Shown here in pieces: positions 22,001 to 31,884 of a stretch of 64,000 bases of DNA. The notes under the pieces are model-generated. The model ran no database searches. It was given only the letters and a program-made list of their open reading frames with translations, and was not told the origin of the DNA. A program made the translations under genes and the position numbers. Numbering within the stretch: position 1 is the stretch's first letter; each line of letters begins with the position of its first letter. Origin of the DNA: Barthelona sp. PCE (lineage: Eukaryota). Location: positions 806,001 to 870,000 of the forward strand of contig JAUFOR010000002.1 of the NCBI GenBank assembly GCA_040285745.1. The letters run 5' to 3'.

Positions 22001-22480
22001 TTTGATGGGAACCTTGACGATATCCATAATTTTGACAGCATAATTGTAGATGGGTACGATGACTCGGGCAAGAAAGTCGTTGACATCTGTGAGGTCAATA
22101 CCTATACTACCCATTAATAATGGCAGTTGAATAGCAAAACCAACAAACCATTGAGAGATAGTAGACATGATGGAATTAAGGATGGGAAGCGCCTTAGTGA
22201 TGCTGCTTGTGGCACCACCTCCCTTGAAACCTGCAAGAGCACGCAGACCAACGGTTTGAAGAGCATCTCCAAAACCGTTTTCACGTGACTGTATTCCACC
22301 TACATCTTTCTCTGCCTCAATGAGAGTTTCTGCAAATGTTACATTGTCTCCTTCGATGGACTTCGGGGTGCTCTTTATATTTGTCTCAATAATTGAAGTG
22401 TGTGGTGAATCAATGATGTTAAGCTGATTAGAGTTGCGATTAAAGTCATCTATAGCAATTGGATCAACAGGACTGCTCAT
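19007..22480 (-). CDS. Large multi-pass membrane protein with soluble C-terminal half, function unknown
   Basis: ~1157 aa ORF from ATG 22480 (MSSPVDP). Many TM segments in the first ~600 aa. Confidence 0.75.
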   Translation of the reverse strand: MSSPVDPIAIDDFNRNSNQLNIIDSPHTSIIETNIKSTPKSIEGDNVTFAETLIEAEKDVGGIQSRENGFGDALQTVGLRALAGFKGGGATSSITKALPILNSIMSTISQWFVGFAIQLPLLMGSIGIDLTDVNDFLARVIVPIYNYAVKIMDIVKVPIKAIDPIWASAVVALFLMSLTFWVSIWFQFLIKYGCSIALITKKSKYFWHWIWFRVLYYGTLFLLSILSSTWTAGFTELENGEVANITRVINLVSLLLTLFLLGPSMIAITSFPSHKFAKSSFTFLTQIFAGFGSVYRLLRSAFGFMIREKRSGCIMWILSRATNLLAFALIFINLLVLYLFSGVTLILWAAFKSIPLIFGVWTVKNRKVSLLERSDGLGRHIRKIEKELRKAMGVRQYRNMTNIQIEHAREQEEKEEQKANSQTATTAISKAWGITLLLSFIVLAAGLGSGIIYLVIPYILFIVFFTFFFVRMVSDLSMKKLGVSPTVTSWAALASNVDQESEMLEVETTTRALIWAALPGGNIIALTTRWLSTPPFQIRSSAPLVGVQRSPFSWFMGFMSCLVYILFFVLQDPDNMKLSTMGIFTAFLFISRFAFFNNKSRLKLGLLMDSAQRRSMTKRLAPQYRQYVSEAIDDVEKQYDLNFYNKYAHLFADQNLILQAPIVDDNLLHDEIAAACIRTVTELNGKNHLKSKHKVYLEDDLRKFFSLPQDMRKKYQKKVGIVSHVEGDRLVQYFLAGNKPQYEDIKNTFTDYYIALSEQAGVSLPTVLALVRILGLTYRVPMSVIHTTGYIGYLSVINSPSSYVSILPNVDANGLEIDEQFFMNKDVRIILGDFIAMSMNHLSVSPINDVLGPAVMKDYALYNTFSKVVNSKVFVKPQSIYNSELVAKKDIVEAPTLDASVFPNQASVIDVQLKLGVVLNIWADSVSKLRYNHTLPSLTIASLPYVQNSCMGSLYQLTTDQERASLATRGLCESLLIIHDVNNHGYYLENCVREWYMYAAACMNNVDIGFAVSPFINLFLHIAIYDGSEAFVKQLNKLVDFKKWFIPNLTDPFVIPDDVYEAELERTKGRTKMKKDSVILQATVELQTSRDAGYMFDYVWNLSQSKERDEVILAVENALVYFDADFSKGIHPLAAALNESEARMTGFNATKSRLNVR

Positions 22481-22908
22481 AATAGAATATAAGACTAAAA
22501 AAAAAAGAGATAAAAAAAGAAAACAGATATTTTGTGCGATTGTAGCTATATTCATCAACTTTACGGAAGATATTTTCTTTTTGGTGGATATAGTATGATG
22601 TAAATATATTTTAACAGAACTGTTGAGAACCTGTTAAACTATGTGGATTTTATCTCTTTATTTCCTGATAATTTTGCTGTGCAGCTTATATTTACTTCAA
22701 TTGCAGCTATTTTTTACTATAAAAAATCAATTAAAGAGATCATTGGTAGTTTTTCTCGTAATATGTTCAATACTTATAATATAGTAATATTTACTGTTGT
22801 TAAGATTTGATATAGATCACAGTAAGCTTTTTTAAAGATATAAAAAGACAACATACGTTACTTCTTTTTTGTTTTCTCAATTCTTTCTTTGTACACTTTT
22901 TTGGGCTT

Positions 22909-24249
22909 ATGGATCTTTCTTTCGATCAAAATCACCTGGAATACAACGAGTTTGAGACAGATATTTTGCACATACCCGTTGAGAAACCTCCAAATGTTCA
23001 TAATGATGAAATTCTCTTTAGTGATCCCGGGCAGGATATCCATTTGGCAGGATACTTACGGTTGGAGAGTTTCTGGGGCAGTGATAAGGAGCGCTACATT
23101 GTAGTACAGGGTACAAAATTGAAAATTTTTATAGATAGTTCGGATGAAGTTCCAAAACATTCATTTTCTCTTGAAAACTGCAACATACGTCTTGAGGCAA
23201 ACGATAAACTTAAGCTAATTTTTGGAGACAGCAATTTTACATTCACAAGTGAGGAGAAAAATCTATTCCAATGGCTGGTACGTCTTAATAATTGTATAAA
23301 AGCAGCACAGTATCTGATGAAGAGCTACCTTGATAACCAGACACCTAGCCGTCTCATATTAACTTTATTAAGGGATGATGAAATATGTTTTCGTGAACGC
23401 ATTTCACTATGCAACCAAGAACTAACGAAATCAGCGCAGTTTTTCTTATTCTCAGCGTTTGAGTACTGGAACTTTAATGAACTGGAGCTTTGTAATATAG
23501 GTCTAACATGTGAAACACTGTCACATCTCAGCAATTGTATGAACAAAAATCTAACCAAACTTAGCGTGGTTGGTAATAATTTAACGGTTGATGCGGGCGC
23601 GATACTGAGCTCAATGTTAAAGAACAGCTCAATAGTATCTCTTGATTTGAGTGATAATCCTGCCATTACTGATGTTGGTTTTGAAGATATTATAGACATC
23701 CTTTCAACTAATAATAGGCCAATGAGCCTGTTGAATGTATCCAATTGCGGTATCACGTCTAAATGTATGCAGACACTTCTTGATTCAGCATTAGAGGCTC
23801 AGTCATGGGATCACAATATTGTGATTACGACACTGAATCTTTCGCATGCTTCATTTGATACCAAGGCAATGCAGTCATTGCACTATTTTCTGAGGAACCA
23901 GGCTGTGCATGTAAGCGACCTCATCATGACACATTCATTGACAAATAAGGAGGTCAGTGAAGCCTTTATTAGCAGACTGTCCCGAACGCTGAAATTGTTC
24001 AGGTTGGATATCAGGAATAGCGAATTGAGTGTTTCTGCTGTTAATTCATTGGGGGAGGTTGTGCAAAGTCATCCAAATCTCAAGGAGGTTATGTTTAATC
24101 CAGGAGATAAGGATCCTGTTGCAGCTGAGGCGTTAGTTTCATATATAAGCCCCGATAGCTATGAGTTCGAACTTATATTTCAGAATGATCGAATGAAAAG
24201 CACTATTTCGGATAAAACAAAGGAGATAATCAACCAATATTGTGAATAA
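22909..24249 (+). CDS. PH domain plus RNI-type LRR protein
   Basis: PH-like AGYLRL..WGSDKERYIVVQG..FQWLVRLNNCI, followed by LDLSDNPAITDVG-type repeats. Confidence 0.8.
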   Translation: MDLSFDQNHLEYNEFETDILHIPVEKPPNVHNDEILFSDPGQDIHLAGYLRLESFWGSDKERYIVVQGTKLKIFIDSSDEVPKHSFSLENCNIRLEANDKLKLIFGDSNFTFTSEEKNLFQWLVRLNNCIKAAQYLMKSYLDNQTPSRLILTLLRDDEICFRERISLCNQELTKSAQFFLFSAFEYWNFNELELCNIGLTCETLSHLSNCMNKNLTKLSVVGNNLTVDAGAILSSMLKNSSIVSLDLSDNPAITDVGFEDIIDILSTNNRPMSLLNVSNCGITSKCMQTLLDSALEAQSWDHNIVITTLNLSHASFDTKAMQSLHYFLRNQAVHVSDLIMTHSLTNKEVSEAFISRLSRTLKLFRLDIRNSELSVSAVNSLGEVVQSHPNLKEVMFNPGDKDPVAAEALVSYISPDSYEFELIFQNDRMKSTISDKTKEIINQYCE

Positions 24250-24647
24250 ATGTGAAGGATGGTTTTTGTGGATTTCCTTACGGGAGTGCTCGTACACTAC
24301 TTATTTAACACCATCACTAGGATATAATAGAAAATTAAAGGTTCATTGAATAGTAAAACATGATATTCTCCAAATAACGGCATACTACATGTTCCAACAT
24401 GTGTCTCCGGTCAGTTTGGATAGAATTTGGGGTCAACAATCATGATTTACCCAAAGTCATAGCATGGGAAAACCACAACAATCTTACAATATAAACGTAG
24501 AATTAACAAAAAACTGACTGTATAAGCAATGCCCTTCTGTACCATTGGCAGGCCAATGCTCTGTAGAAGTATAGAAGCAAAATTCATTGCATTTGCTATT
24601 CTAACTGTTTTCATTTTTTCTTTTGTTTCGTTTGTACGTTAATTAAT

Positions 24648-26324
24648 ATGTCACTTGCTTATTCTGCCATAGAAGAGCCCAGAAAGAACAAAGGTTCAAA
24701 GACTAACACTATTTTGTTGTTATTGACTGTAGTATTGGTTGTTTTCAACTTAGTTCTCATCATCTCTCGAGTGATGCCATTCAACGATCAGTTGAAGAAT
24801 ATCGATGATAATGTTCATGTTTTAGAGAAGAAGCATAATATCTTACCTGAGAAGGTTATTCTCAAGCCTTCAGCCATTCACCCCGTTTCAAACCAGGCTC
24901 ACCGTGGTACTTGTTGGTCCTTTGCTACTATTGGCGCTTTTGAGAGTGCTTACAAGCATCAAGCTATTCAACAAGGTTTCCTTGATCCCGATCAATATGT
25001 TAAGTTCTCTGAGCAGGCCCACGCCATCTCTGTCGTTGAGGAATGCAACACCGATATCAAGAAGTGCCCTATTGCTAACATGTGGTACTACAACCAAGCT
25101 TCAGATGGTTATGCAGTCTGGCTTTATACCTTCCAACAAGCTCTGTCCAAGCAGATCCTCCCTAACTCTGTCTGTCCCTACGTCACCGTTGAGGATACCC
25201 TTCCCGATAGCTGGACTCCCCACACTTTCGGTGAAGGTACTCTCAAGTGTGATGGTCAGAAGGCCGCTGAGGAGACTAACCCCGTCGAGTACGAGATCAA
25301 CAACATGAAGCATCTCTACACCAAGGACGAGATTAAAATGGCCCTTTTGGAGCGCGAGTATGTTCTCCCAATCTCCACAGCCCTCTTTGGTCCTGGTGAC
25401 TACGTCAAGTGTTCCACCCCCGGTTGGGCTGAGATGTGTCTCATCCGCAACGTCAGCTGTCCCGCTAAGATCGCCTACGGCGAGAAGTGTTACTTCATGC
25501 AAGGTAAGTCCGGTACCTCAGATGGTGCTTTCGTTTACGAAGAGGATGATAAGATGATTGGTGGTCACGGTATGGGTGTCGTTGGTATTCGCGAGAGCGG
25601 TATCATTGATCCCTTCCTCGGTCGTGAATTCGAACAGGGCTACTACATTCTCCGTAACAGTTGGGATTATACCAGCGGTCACTCCATTCAGTACCTCTCC
25701 GGCGAGATCAGTTTTTGGGATGAGCTCGAGCTCTGCCCTATGTGGTCTTCCCCTCGTAACTGGATCAAGTGTACTCGTGGTGCTGAGCATCATGAGGGCT
25801 TTGAGACTATTGCCGGTGCTTCATACCCCTGGTACTGGAACGCCACCGATATGCACCCCGCTATGATCAAGGCTAAGTCTGGTGGTAACGTCACTGCTCT
25901 TGGCTTCAACCCCGATATCAACTACTGTGTCGAATCTGCTGAGAAGGACAGCCCCAAGCGTTTTGAGGTTTGTTTCGCTGAGTCCGAGGATGGTTCCAAG
26001 AAGGAGGGCGGTGAGAAGCTTTGTCTCAGATCCGTTAACGTTGATTACCTCAACCGTCTCCTTGACCGTGTCGATGAATACCCCGAGAACGATCATGATA
26101 ACTGTGGTTACTGGGCATTCCCTCTTAGGTACGCTGATGAGGCCGCTGCTGCCGGTGCATTCTGGGTCCTCGACTTCGACATTGAGTTCTCCAAGTGTTC
26201 TTTCGCTAAGAACGCCAATTTGCCTGAGTGCCGTAAATTCGATTACACCCTTCTGAACCAGTCCACACACCGTGCACAGTACGCAACGTTCGAAACCCCT
26301 TTGCCTTGGCAGAAGAAATGGTAG
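24648..26324 (+). CDS. Papain-family (C1A) cysteine peptidase with N-terminal signal anchor and C-terminal extension
   Basis: Catalytic motifs QAHRGTCWSF, GGHGM and LRNSW. Type II TM near the N-terminus. Strong codon bias. Confidence 0.9.
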   Translation: MSLAYSAIEEPRKNKGSKTNTILLLLTVVLVVFNLVLIISRVMPFNDQLKNIDDNVHVLEKKHNILPEKVILKPSAIHPVSNQAHRGTCWSFATIGAFESAYKHQAIQQGFLDPDQYVKFSEQAHAISVVEECNTDIKKCPIANMWYYNQASDGYAVWLYTFQQALSKQILPNSVCPYVTVEDTLPDSWTPHTFGEGTLKCDGQKAAEETNPVEYEINNMKHLYTKDEIKMALLEREYVLPISTALFGPGDYVKCSTPGWAEMCLIRNVSCPAKIAYGEKCYFMQGKSGTSDGAFVYEEDDKMIGGHGMGVVGIRESGIIDPFLGREFEQGYYILRNSWDYTSGHSIQYLSGEISFWDELELCPMWSSPRNWIKCTRGAEHHEGFETIAGASYPWYWNATDMHPAMIKAKSGGNVTALGFNPDINYCVESAEKDSPKRFEVCFAESEDGSKKEGGEKLCLRSVNVDYLNRLLDRVDEYPENDHDNCGYWAFPLRYADEAAAAGAFWVLDFDIEFSKCSFAKNANLPECRKFDYTLLNQSTHRAQYATFETPLPWQKKW

Positions 26325-26501
26325 TAACCGATGGTAGCTCAACCCTAGTAAATTTTTAGTATATCCAACAATTTTTTTCCTAATGATACTGCAGGCTAAT
26401 ATGTAACAAAACAATGTAATATAGCCATTCGTTGATTCAAACAAGGTACCAACTGGTCCTTTGAGACGTATCTTTGATCTTTTCGATTTATTACTCTTAT
26501 C

Positions 26502-27875
26502 ATGAAGAGAATTTTATTTTTCATAGTTGCTGTGTTTCTGCTTGGTCTAGTTAGCGCCAACAACGACTTCGTATTCACCGATTGGTTCGAGCAAAAGCTT
26601 GATCACTTCGATTACACTAATGATGCTACATGGAAGCAGCGCTATCATATCAACCAGAAATACTGGGAGGGAGAAGGCCCTCTTATATTCTACATCGGTG
26701 GCGAGGGCCCCTGCACAAGTCGTTCTGTTGAAAGTGGTTTTGTTGTTGAAATTGCTGAGGAGCTTAAGGGACTTGTTATTGCTTTGGAACACCGTTTTTA
26801 TGGCGAATCCCAACCATTCCGCCACATGACTACTGAAAATTTAAAGTTCTTAAATTCTAAACAAGGTCTCACTGATCTCGCTCAATTTGTTTCCCATATT
26901 AAGAAGCAGATCGCTATTAACGGTTATACACCCAAGGTAATGGTTGTTGGTGGATCTTATCCTGGAGCTATGGCTTCTTGGTTCTGTTCTTGGTATGAGT
27001 CCAGTGGTCTCGTTGACTTCTGCTACTCTTCATCAGGTGTTATTAATGCCATTGAGAAGTTCACTACTTTTGATGACCTCATCATTTCCGTTACAGGTGA
27101 ACAATGCTCAACCGCCCTCCGTCGTATCTCTCGTCTGATTGATACCAAGCTCGAGGCGAAGGCCACCAACCGTGCCATCAAGAAGAGGCTCCTGGCTGAG
27201 AAGCTTATTGATGCTGACATCTACTACCTCGTTGCTGATGCTATGATTATGGGTCCTCAATACTCTCAGAAGTCTGCTCTTTGCAACCCCATCAACGATG
27301 CCATGTCCAAGCACGCCACCGATGAAGAGTTACTCACCGTTTTCATCCGTTATTTGACTGAGACATTCTATCCCAATATACTCCATTCTACATCTGCCGA
27401 ATATGATCGTAAGTATCTTTTAAAAACTGATACATCAAAATACGCTACTGCTTCTCGTGCCTGGTATTGGCAAAAATGTACTGACCTTGCTTACTTCCAG
27501 GTTTATTCTGAGGGAGATTTCCGTTCACCTCACCTCACTGTTGATTGGCATTTGGATAAGTGCAAGTCTGTATTTGGTATTGAGACTAGACCGAGAGTTG
27601 AAGAGACTAATGCTATTTTCGGCGGTGCAAACCCTAAGCACCAAAGAAATACCCTATATGTCAACGCACGTGACGATCCGTGGCAAGAAGCCAGTATTGA
27701 TAGATCTAAAGTAGCAGGAAATGCTAAGATTTCTTCAATTTTCATTACAGGTGATGAATCAGGTATGTACGGCCACTGTATTGACCTCCACGCATCTAAG
27801 AGTGATGACACCGAGGTTCTGAAGCAAGCTAGGAGAGATATCCTTGCCAAAGTCAAGTATTATTTGGGTATGTGA
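26502..27875 (+). CDS. Serine peptidase family S28 (PRCP/DPP7/thymus-specific serine protease-like)
   Basis: Signal peptide. Motifs FEQKLDHF, GGEG, LEHRFYGES, GGSYPG, DPW and HCIDL. Confidence 0.93.
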   Translation: MKRILFFIVAVFLLGLVSANNDFVFTDWFEQKLDHFDYTNDATWKQRYHINQKYWEGEGPLIFYIGGEGPCTSRSVESGFVVEIAEELKGLVIALEHRFYGESQPFRHMTTENLKFLNSKQGLTDLAQFVSHIKKQIAINGYTPKVMVVGGSYPGAMASWFCSWYESSGLVDFCYSSSGVINAIEKFTTFDDLIISVTGEQCSTALRRISRLIDTKLEAKATNRAIKKRLLAEKLIDADIYYLVADAMIMGPQYSQKSALCNPINDAMSKHATDEELLTVFIRYLTETFYPNILHSTSAEYDRKYLLKTDTSKYATASRAWYWQKCTDLAYFQVYSEGDFRSPHLTVDWHLDKCKSVFGIETRPRVEETNAIFGGANPKHQRNTLYVNARDDPWQEASIDRSKVAGNAKISSIFITGDESGMYGHCIDLHASKSDDTEVLKQARRDILAKVKYYLGM

Positions 27876-28263
27876 TTTTTTTAGTTTTATTCGCCTCGAC
27901 GAGTAAATAGTAAATTATTTTAATAACATAAATGATTTCATTATTCGTTATAAACACATTTGATAGATTTTGAAGAAATGAAACTTTCCTTTCTTCTTGC
28001 ATTTTCCATCAACTATTGCTTGTTTATCAGAGACTCGACGTCAAAAGTTTGATTAACAACAATTGTTATGTATTTATAGCGTGTTTAAACCTTATAGATA
28101 ATATTAGAATTCGTGCTCGGTAAACTGCCTATTCAATAGTCACAAAGTATACCGCGTGTAGAAAAGGACACGCCTGCACGATGCGCGCTCAGTTAACATG
28201 TTTTTACATTTTTATCCTCTTTCGGTTTCTCCTCTTTTCAGGAATTTAAGGCTTTAGGGCGAT

Positions 28264-29433
28264 ATGTTTAAATGTATTCTTATACTTTATATACTATTTT
28301 TGGCCACCGCTAATGCGGAAGCTTTTTATGATAAAAAATTTGATTTTCTGGGTGGTAAGTCGATTGTAGAATTGTATCATCATGTCAACAATTATTATAC
28401 GTTTAGGATGTTCTCCGTTGATGTAGAAAACGATCCTATTCCAGCAACACTCGATTACAGAACATCTTTTACAAGTAATGATCAGATCATTAAGACACAA
28501 GGAGCCTGTAATAGTTGTTTCGCAAATGCAGGAGTCACACTGGTTGAGGCAGTCGCTCAAGCCAAATACAATACAACCTTACCGTCACTAAGCGCCAAGC
28601 TCATCATGGATTGTACACCTAATTTTGCATGTGATAAATTCGGCTATCTGGAGGAGTGGTACATGTCCCATGATCGTGGTTATTTCGCAACAGAGTCTGA
28701 TTATCCATATGCTGCTGTGGTAGACACATGTCCAACGAATATTACAAAAGCAGAGCTTCCAGGAGAGCTTGGTTGGGGCTTAATCAGTTGGAATCCACGC
28801 CACGTGCCCACGGAAAAGGAGCTGAAGGCTGCCTTGGTGAAATACGGTCCTGTGTCAGCAGTGATTGATCAAGGTGCATCTATCCTATCGTGGGAGGCTG
28901 GTGACGCACCCGTTGGGAACTCACAGTGTTCGTTGGAAAACACAAACTCTCATTCAATTGTCATTGTTGGATACACAACGAATGCTTTCATATGTGCGAA
29001 TTCCTATGGTACAAGCGAGTTCGATGGTGGATATTTCTTGTTGGGATTCTCGACTTTAACTAACGCAGGATTTGGAACATGTGGCATGCTACAGGCAAAC
29101 CGCTTCGTGTGCTTTGGTGATGAGTGCCCACCGTTCAACTGGTTCAAAAAAATTTTTGACCCAGTCGATATCTGGGGGTTCGCACCAGGAGTAGGTATTT
29201 ATTTGTTTTTATTCTTCTTCCTTTGTTGCTGTTGTTGTTGCTACGACTGTTGTTGTTGTAATTGTTGTTGTTCAAAGAAGAAGCAACAGCGTGGTGTTGT
29301 AATCCCAACCACATTACTTCAGATGACAGTAAGGCCACCCATACAGCAGCCACCCATACAGCAGCCATCCTTTGGTATGACACAATCTCCCTCGAAAAGA
29401 GCGTTGCAAAAGGTATATGATGCTGATTACTAA
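28264..29433 (+). CDS. Membrane-anchored cathepsin-like C1A peptidase with poly-Cys tail
   Basis: Signal peptide, LDYR, QGACNSCFA, YGPVSA, HSIVIVGY and ANSYG..GGYF. TM helix then CCCCCCYDCCCCNCCC. Confidence 0.85.
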   Translation: MFKCILILYILFLATANAEAFYDKKFDFLGGKSIVELYHHVNNYYTFRMFSVDVENDPIPATLDYRTSFTSNDQIIKTQGACNSCFANAGVTLVEAVAQAKYNTTLPSLSAKLIMDCTPNFACDKFGYLEEWYMSHDRGYFATESDYPYAAVVDTCPTNITKAELPGELGWGLISWNPRHVPTEKELKAALVKYGPVSAVIDQGASILSWEAGDAPVGNSQCSLENTNSHSIVIVGYTTNAFICANSYGTSEFDGGYFLLGFSTLTNAGFGTCGMLQANRFVCFGDECPPFNWFKKIFDPVDIWGFAPGVGIYLFLFFFLCCCCCCYDCCCCNCCCSKKKQQRGVVIPTTLLQMTVRPPIQQPPIQQPSFGMTQSPSKRALQKVYDADY

Positions 29434-29562
29434 TTTTTATTTTTTATTTATTTTTTTAAAGTTCCGTGTGGTTGTAGGACATAAATGCCACGAGCGTGTG
29501 TTCCACCACGGTTACTGTGATGTGCTTAATAATTATATAGTAAAAATTTCTCATTAGTACAA

Positions 29563-29767
29563 TCGTAGAAGGTTGTAAATTTACTTCGGAGTAAGGCATT
29601 TGTCCGTGAGTTACGAGCTCCCTCGAGTGCTGTGCTTGTGCTGAGAATTGTTCTAAAGCCCTTTTTTTCCAGAAAAGGGGGAGAAAGAAATGAAGTGAGT
29701 ACTCACAGAGTACTCGAGGAAGGATCGCGTGCTTACTCCTCAGGTAGATTTACGAAACAAGTGAGGC
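29563..29767 (+). mobile_element. Element A, copy 2
   Basis: Co-linear with 8060-8290 and has the same left boundary (TCGTAG). Shorter T tract and small deletions at the right end. Confidence 0.8.
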
Positions 29768-29917
29768 AAATAAAAATATTTTGAAAAAGACGAAATTCCT
29801 TTTTTTTTGTATCCAATATTAGCATTATCGCGTGTATTGTGGCTATATGTTAATGTTGTACATGTTGATTATGATGTTTATGATGGAAATACTTGTTCTT
29901 ACTTTTATATCCCTATT

Positions 29918-31570
29918 ATGGAATTTCAACAAATCAAAACAACCCAACTGGATAATGTGCCCCAACATATACAGTGGTCTATCGCTGCAGGCTGTAAAGA
30001 TGCAGTCAGACATCGGGTAGGTGTACTACCCGTATTTATCTCAGAAGATGCAGAAGTCAACCAAAAGTTCAATGTTTACCTCTCCTTGGACGTGAGTAAC
30101 TCAATGAATAGGCCTGCCAAGGATGGAGACAAAAGCGCATTAGAGTATGCCAAAATAACTTTAAAGCATTGTATTAAGTATTTGTCATCGAAAACTGAGC
30201 TTGAGATCAAACTTACCCTCACAACATTCAATCAGGCCGTTGAAAAACTGTTTGAAGCTGTATTAACCCCTGAAATTGTACCATCCCTCATTGATATGGT
30301 TGATTCAATTGTTGCCTCTGGTCAGACAAACCTGTTCGAAGCAATGAACGCTGCAGCAGATGTTCATGACGCATCACGTAAGAATGTTATGCTTTTACTA
30401 ACTGATGGTGCTCCCACTACTGGTTTTGAAAAATTCAATGATATCATGGATAATCTTGATTCAAAAGTCAGCGATTTTGAATGTAATTTTATTGGTTTTG
30501 GGCTCTTTGCCGCTGAAAAACTATTATTTAGTTTAGCTCAACGTCTTCATGGTGAGTTTCATTACGTAAACGATATGGAGTTGGCAGGTTACATTTATGG
30601 TGAAATTTTCAACTCCATCCTTAATAGATGTTACGAAAAGATTCAGTATAGCTGTGAAGACCCGAACGTGCGCTTCATTAATTTACGTTCAGGACAAGCA
30701 GGTGAGCGCTATACTGAGCGTGGTTATTTCGTTGGTGAGTCAAACAGCGTATTGTTACGGATTCATGAGGATGTTGGTGCATTTACCATAACTGTTGATG
30801 CAATTGAGGTTACAACTGGTGAAAAGGTAACGCAGCTCATCAATGTTGAACCAGTTGAACCCGAGACTAACATTAACATGACTTTACAGTGCTGGAGAAT
30901 TGCAATCACCTACATGATGGCGCATTATATCAAGCGTATCATTCGTTCCAGCCTTCAAGTCGACTGGGGAAAAATCAAGCACAAGAATTTCCACGATAGA
31001 CCATTGATGCCTATAGCAGTGAAGGATTTTGTCAAGGGTGAGCAACGTAAGGTTGAAGATATGTTTATTATGTACAGTGGATGGATGAAGGAAAACAATG
31101 TTGTGGATGTTGATCTAGCAACCGATTTACTCATCGATATCAACTGTTTGCGTTATGAAGTATATAATTTTTGTTCGCCCTTCTTAACTTCAGCTCGACA
31201 TAACTCCTTCACTAGTGTATTTATCCTCTCGCGCTTTCTCAGCCAATCCCGTAACAGGGCAGTATCAATTATGATGGACTATTCGGACATTGTTATGGGT
31301 TCGGTTTACTGTGGCACAACGATTCACACTGGTCATGTAAGAAGAAGAAGCGCCAGATCTAAGAAGAGAAAGTCAAAACATCGAGCTGTTTCCCATTCAT
31401 CAGCCCAAATAGAAGTAGTTACTGAAGATGATGAAAATATGAGCAGTGAGGAAGAACAGGAAATTGATGTAGTTGCAGCTCTTGGTATTCCCACATCAGG
31501 AATTCGTTTGAAATTCCACAGTAGCAAGCAACAGGCTGTGATGGAGCAGATCCAAATGGGTGACTTTTAA
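29918..31570 (+). CDS. von Willebrand factor A domain protein
   Basis: Intact MIDAS motif: LDVSNSM, GQTNL, LLTDG. Basic and acidic low-complexity tail. ATG at 29918 (MEFQQ). Confidence 0.85.
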   Translation: MEFQQIKTTQLDNVPQHIQWSIAAGCKDAVRHRVGVLPVFISEDAEVNQKFNVYLSLDVSNSMNRPAKDGDKSALEYAKITLKHCIKYLSSKTELEIKLTLTTFNQAVEKLFEAVLTPEIVPSLIDMVDSIVASGQTNLFEAMNAAADVHDASRKNVMLLLTDGAPTTGFEKFNDIMDNLDSKVSDFECNFIGFGLFAAEKLLFSLAQRLHGEFHYVNDMELAGYIYGEIFNSILNRCYEKIQYSCEDPNVRFINLRSGQAGERYTERGYFVGESNSVLLRIHEDVGAFTITVDAIEVTTGEKVTQLINVEPVEPETNINMTLQCWRIAITYMMAHYIKRIIRSSLQVDWGKIKHKNFHDRPLMPIAVKDFVKGEQRKVEDMFIMYSGWMKENNVVDVDLATDLLIDINCLRYEVYNFCSPFLTSARHNSFTSVFILSRFLSQSRNRAVSIMMDYSDIVMGSVYCGTTIHTGHVRRRSARSKKRKSKHRAVSHSSAQIEVVTEDDENMSSEEEQEIDVVAALGIPTSGIRLKFHSSKQQAVMEQIQMGDF

Positions 31571-31884
31571 TATTATATGCTTTTGACATTTAAATAAATT
31601 TTTGTTTTGGACTGAATACATAATTCTCCTTTGAATATTGCTTTAATATCTTTTATTTCCTAAGAATCATGTGCTCCCTTTCTATACAAACTGCTTTACA
31701 GATGCGACAAGAAATAGTAGAGGAGTGCAAATGCGTATCAAAAGATTCTATAACTTGAATCTTTCCTCACTGAATTACGCACAGTAAAAGACGCTAGATC
31801 GCCAGTAACAAGTGAACAGTGCACTAGATTTACATATCGAACGTTTTCTTGACCCTATTCCTCATTTATCACCCTCTCTACAAT

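Noticed and set aside
29221-29271. TGT/TGC triplet run as a microsatellite or array
   Set aside because: It encodes the poly-Cys tract of the cathepsin and is not an independent repeat.
29463-29510. GC-rich hairpin in the cathepsin 3' region as a SECIS element
   Set aside because: It has no AUGA/GA quartet, and the gene has no in-frame TGA.
29559-29760. ACAA on both sides of element A copy 2 as a possible TSD
   Set aside because: The right-hand ACAA appears to belong to the element tail (ACAAG is also in copy 1), and the filled/empty comparison at copy 1 shows no TSD.
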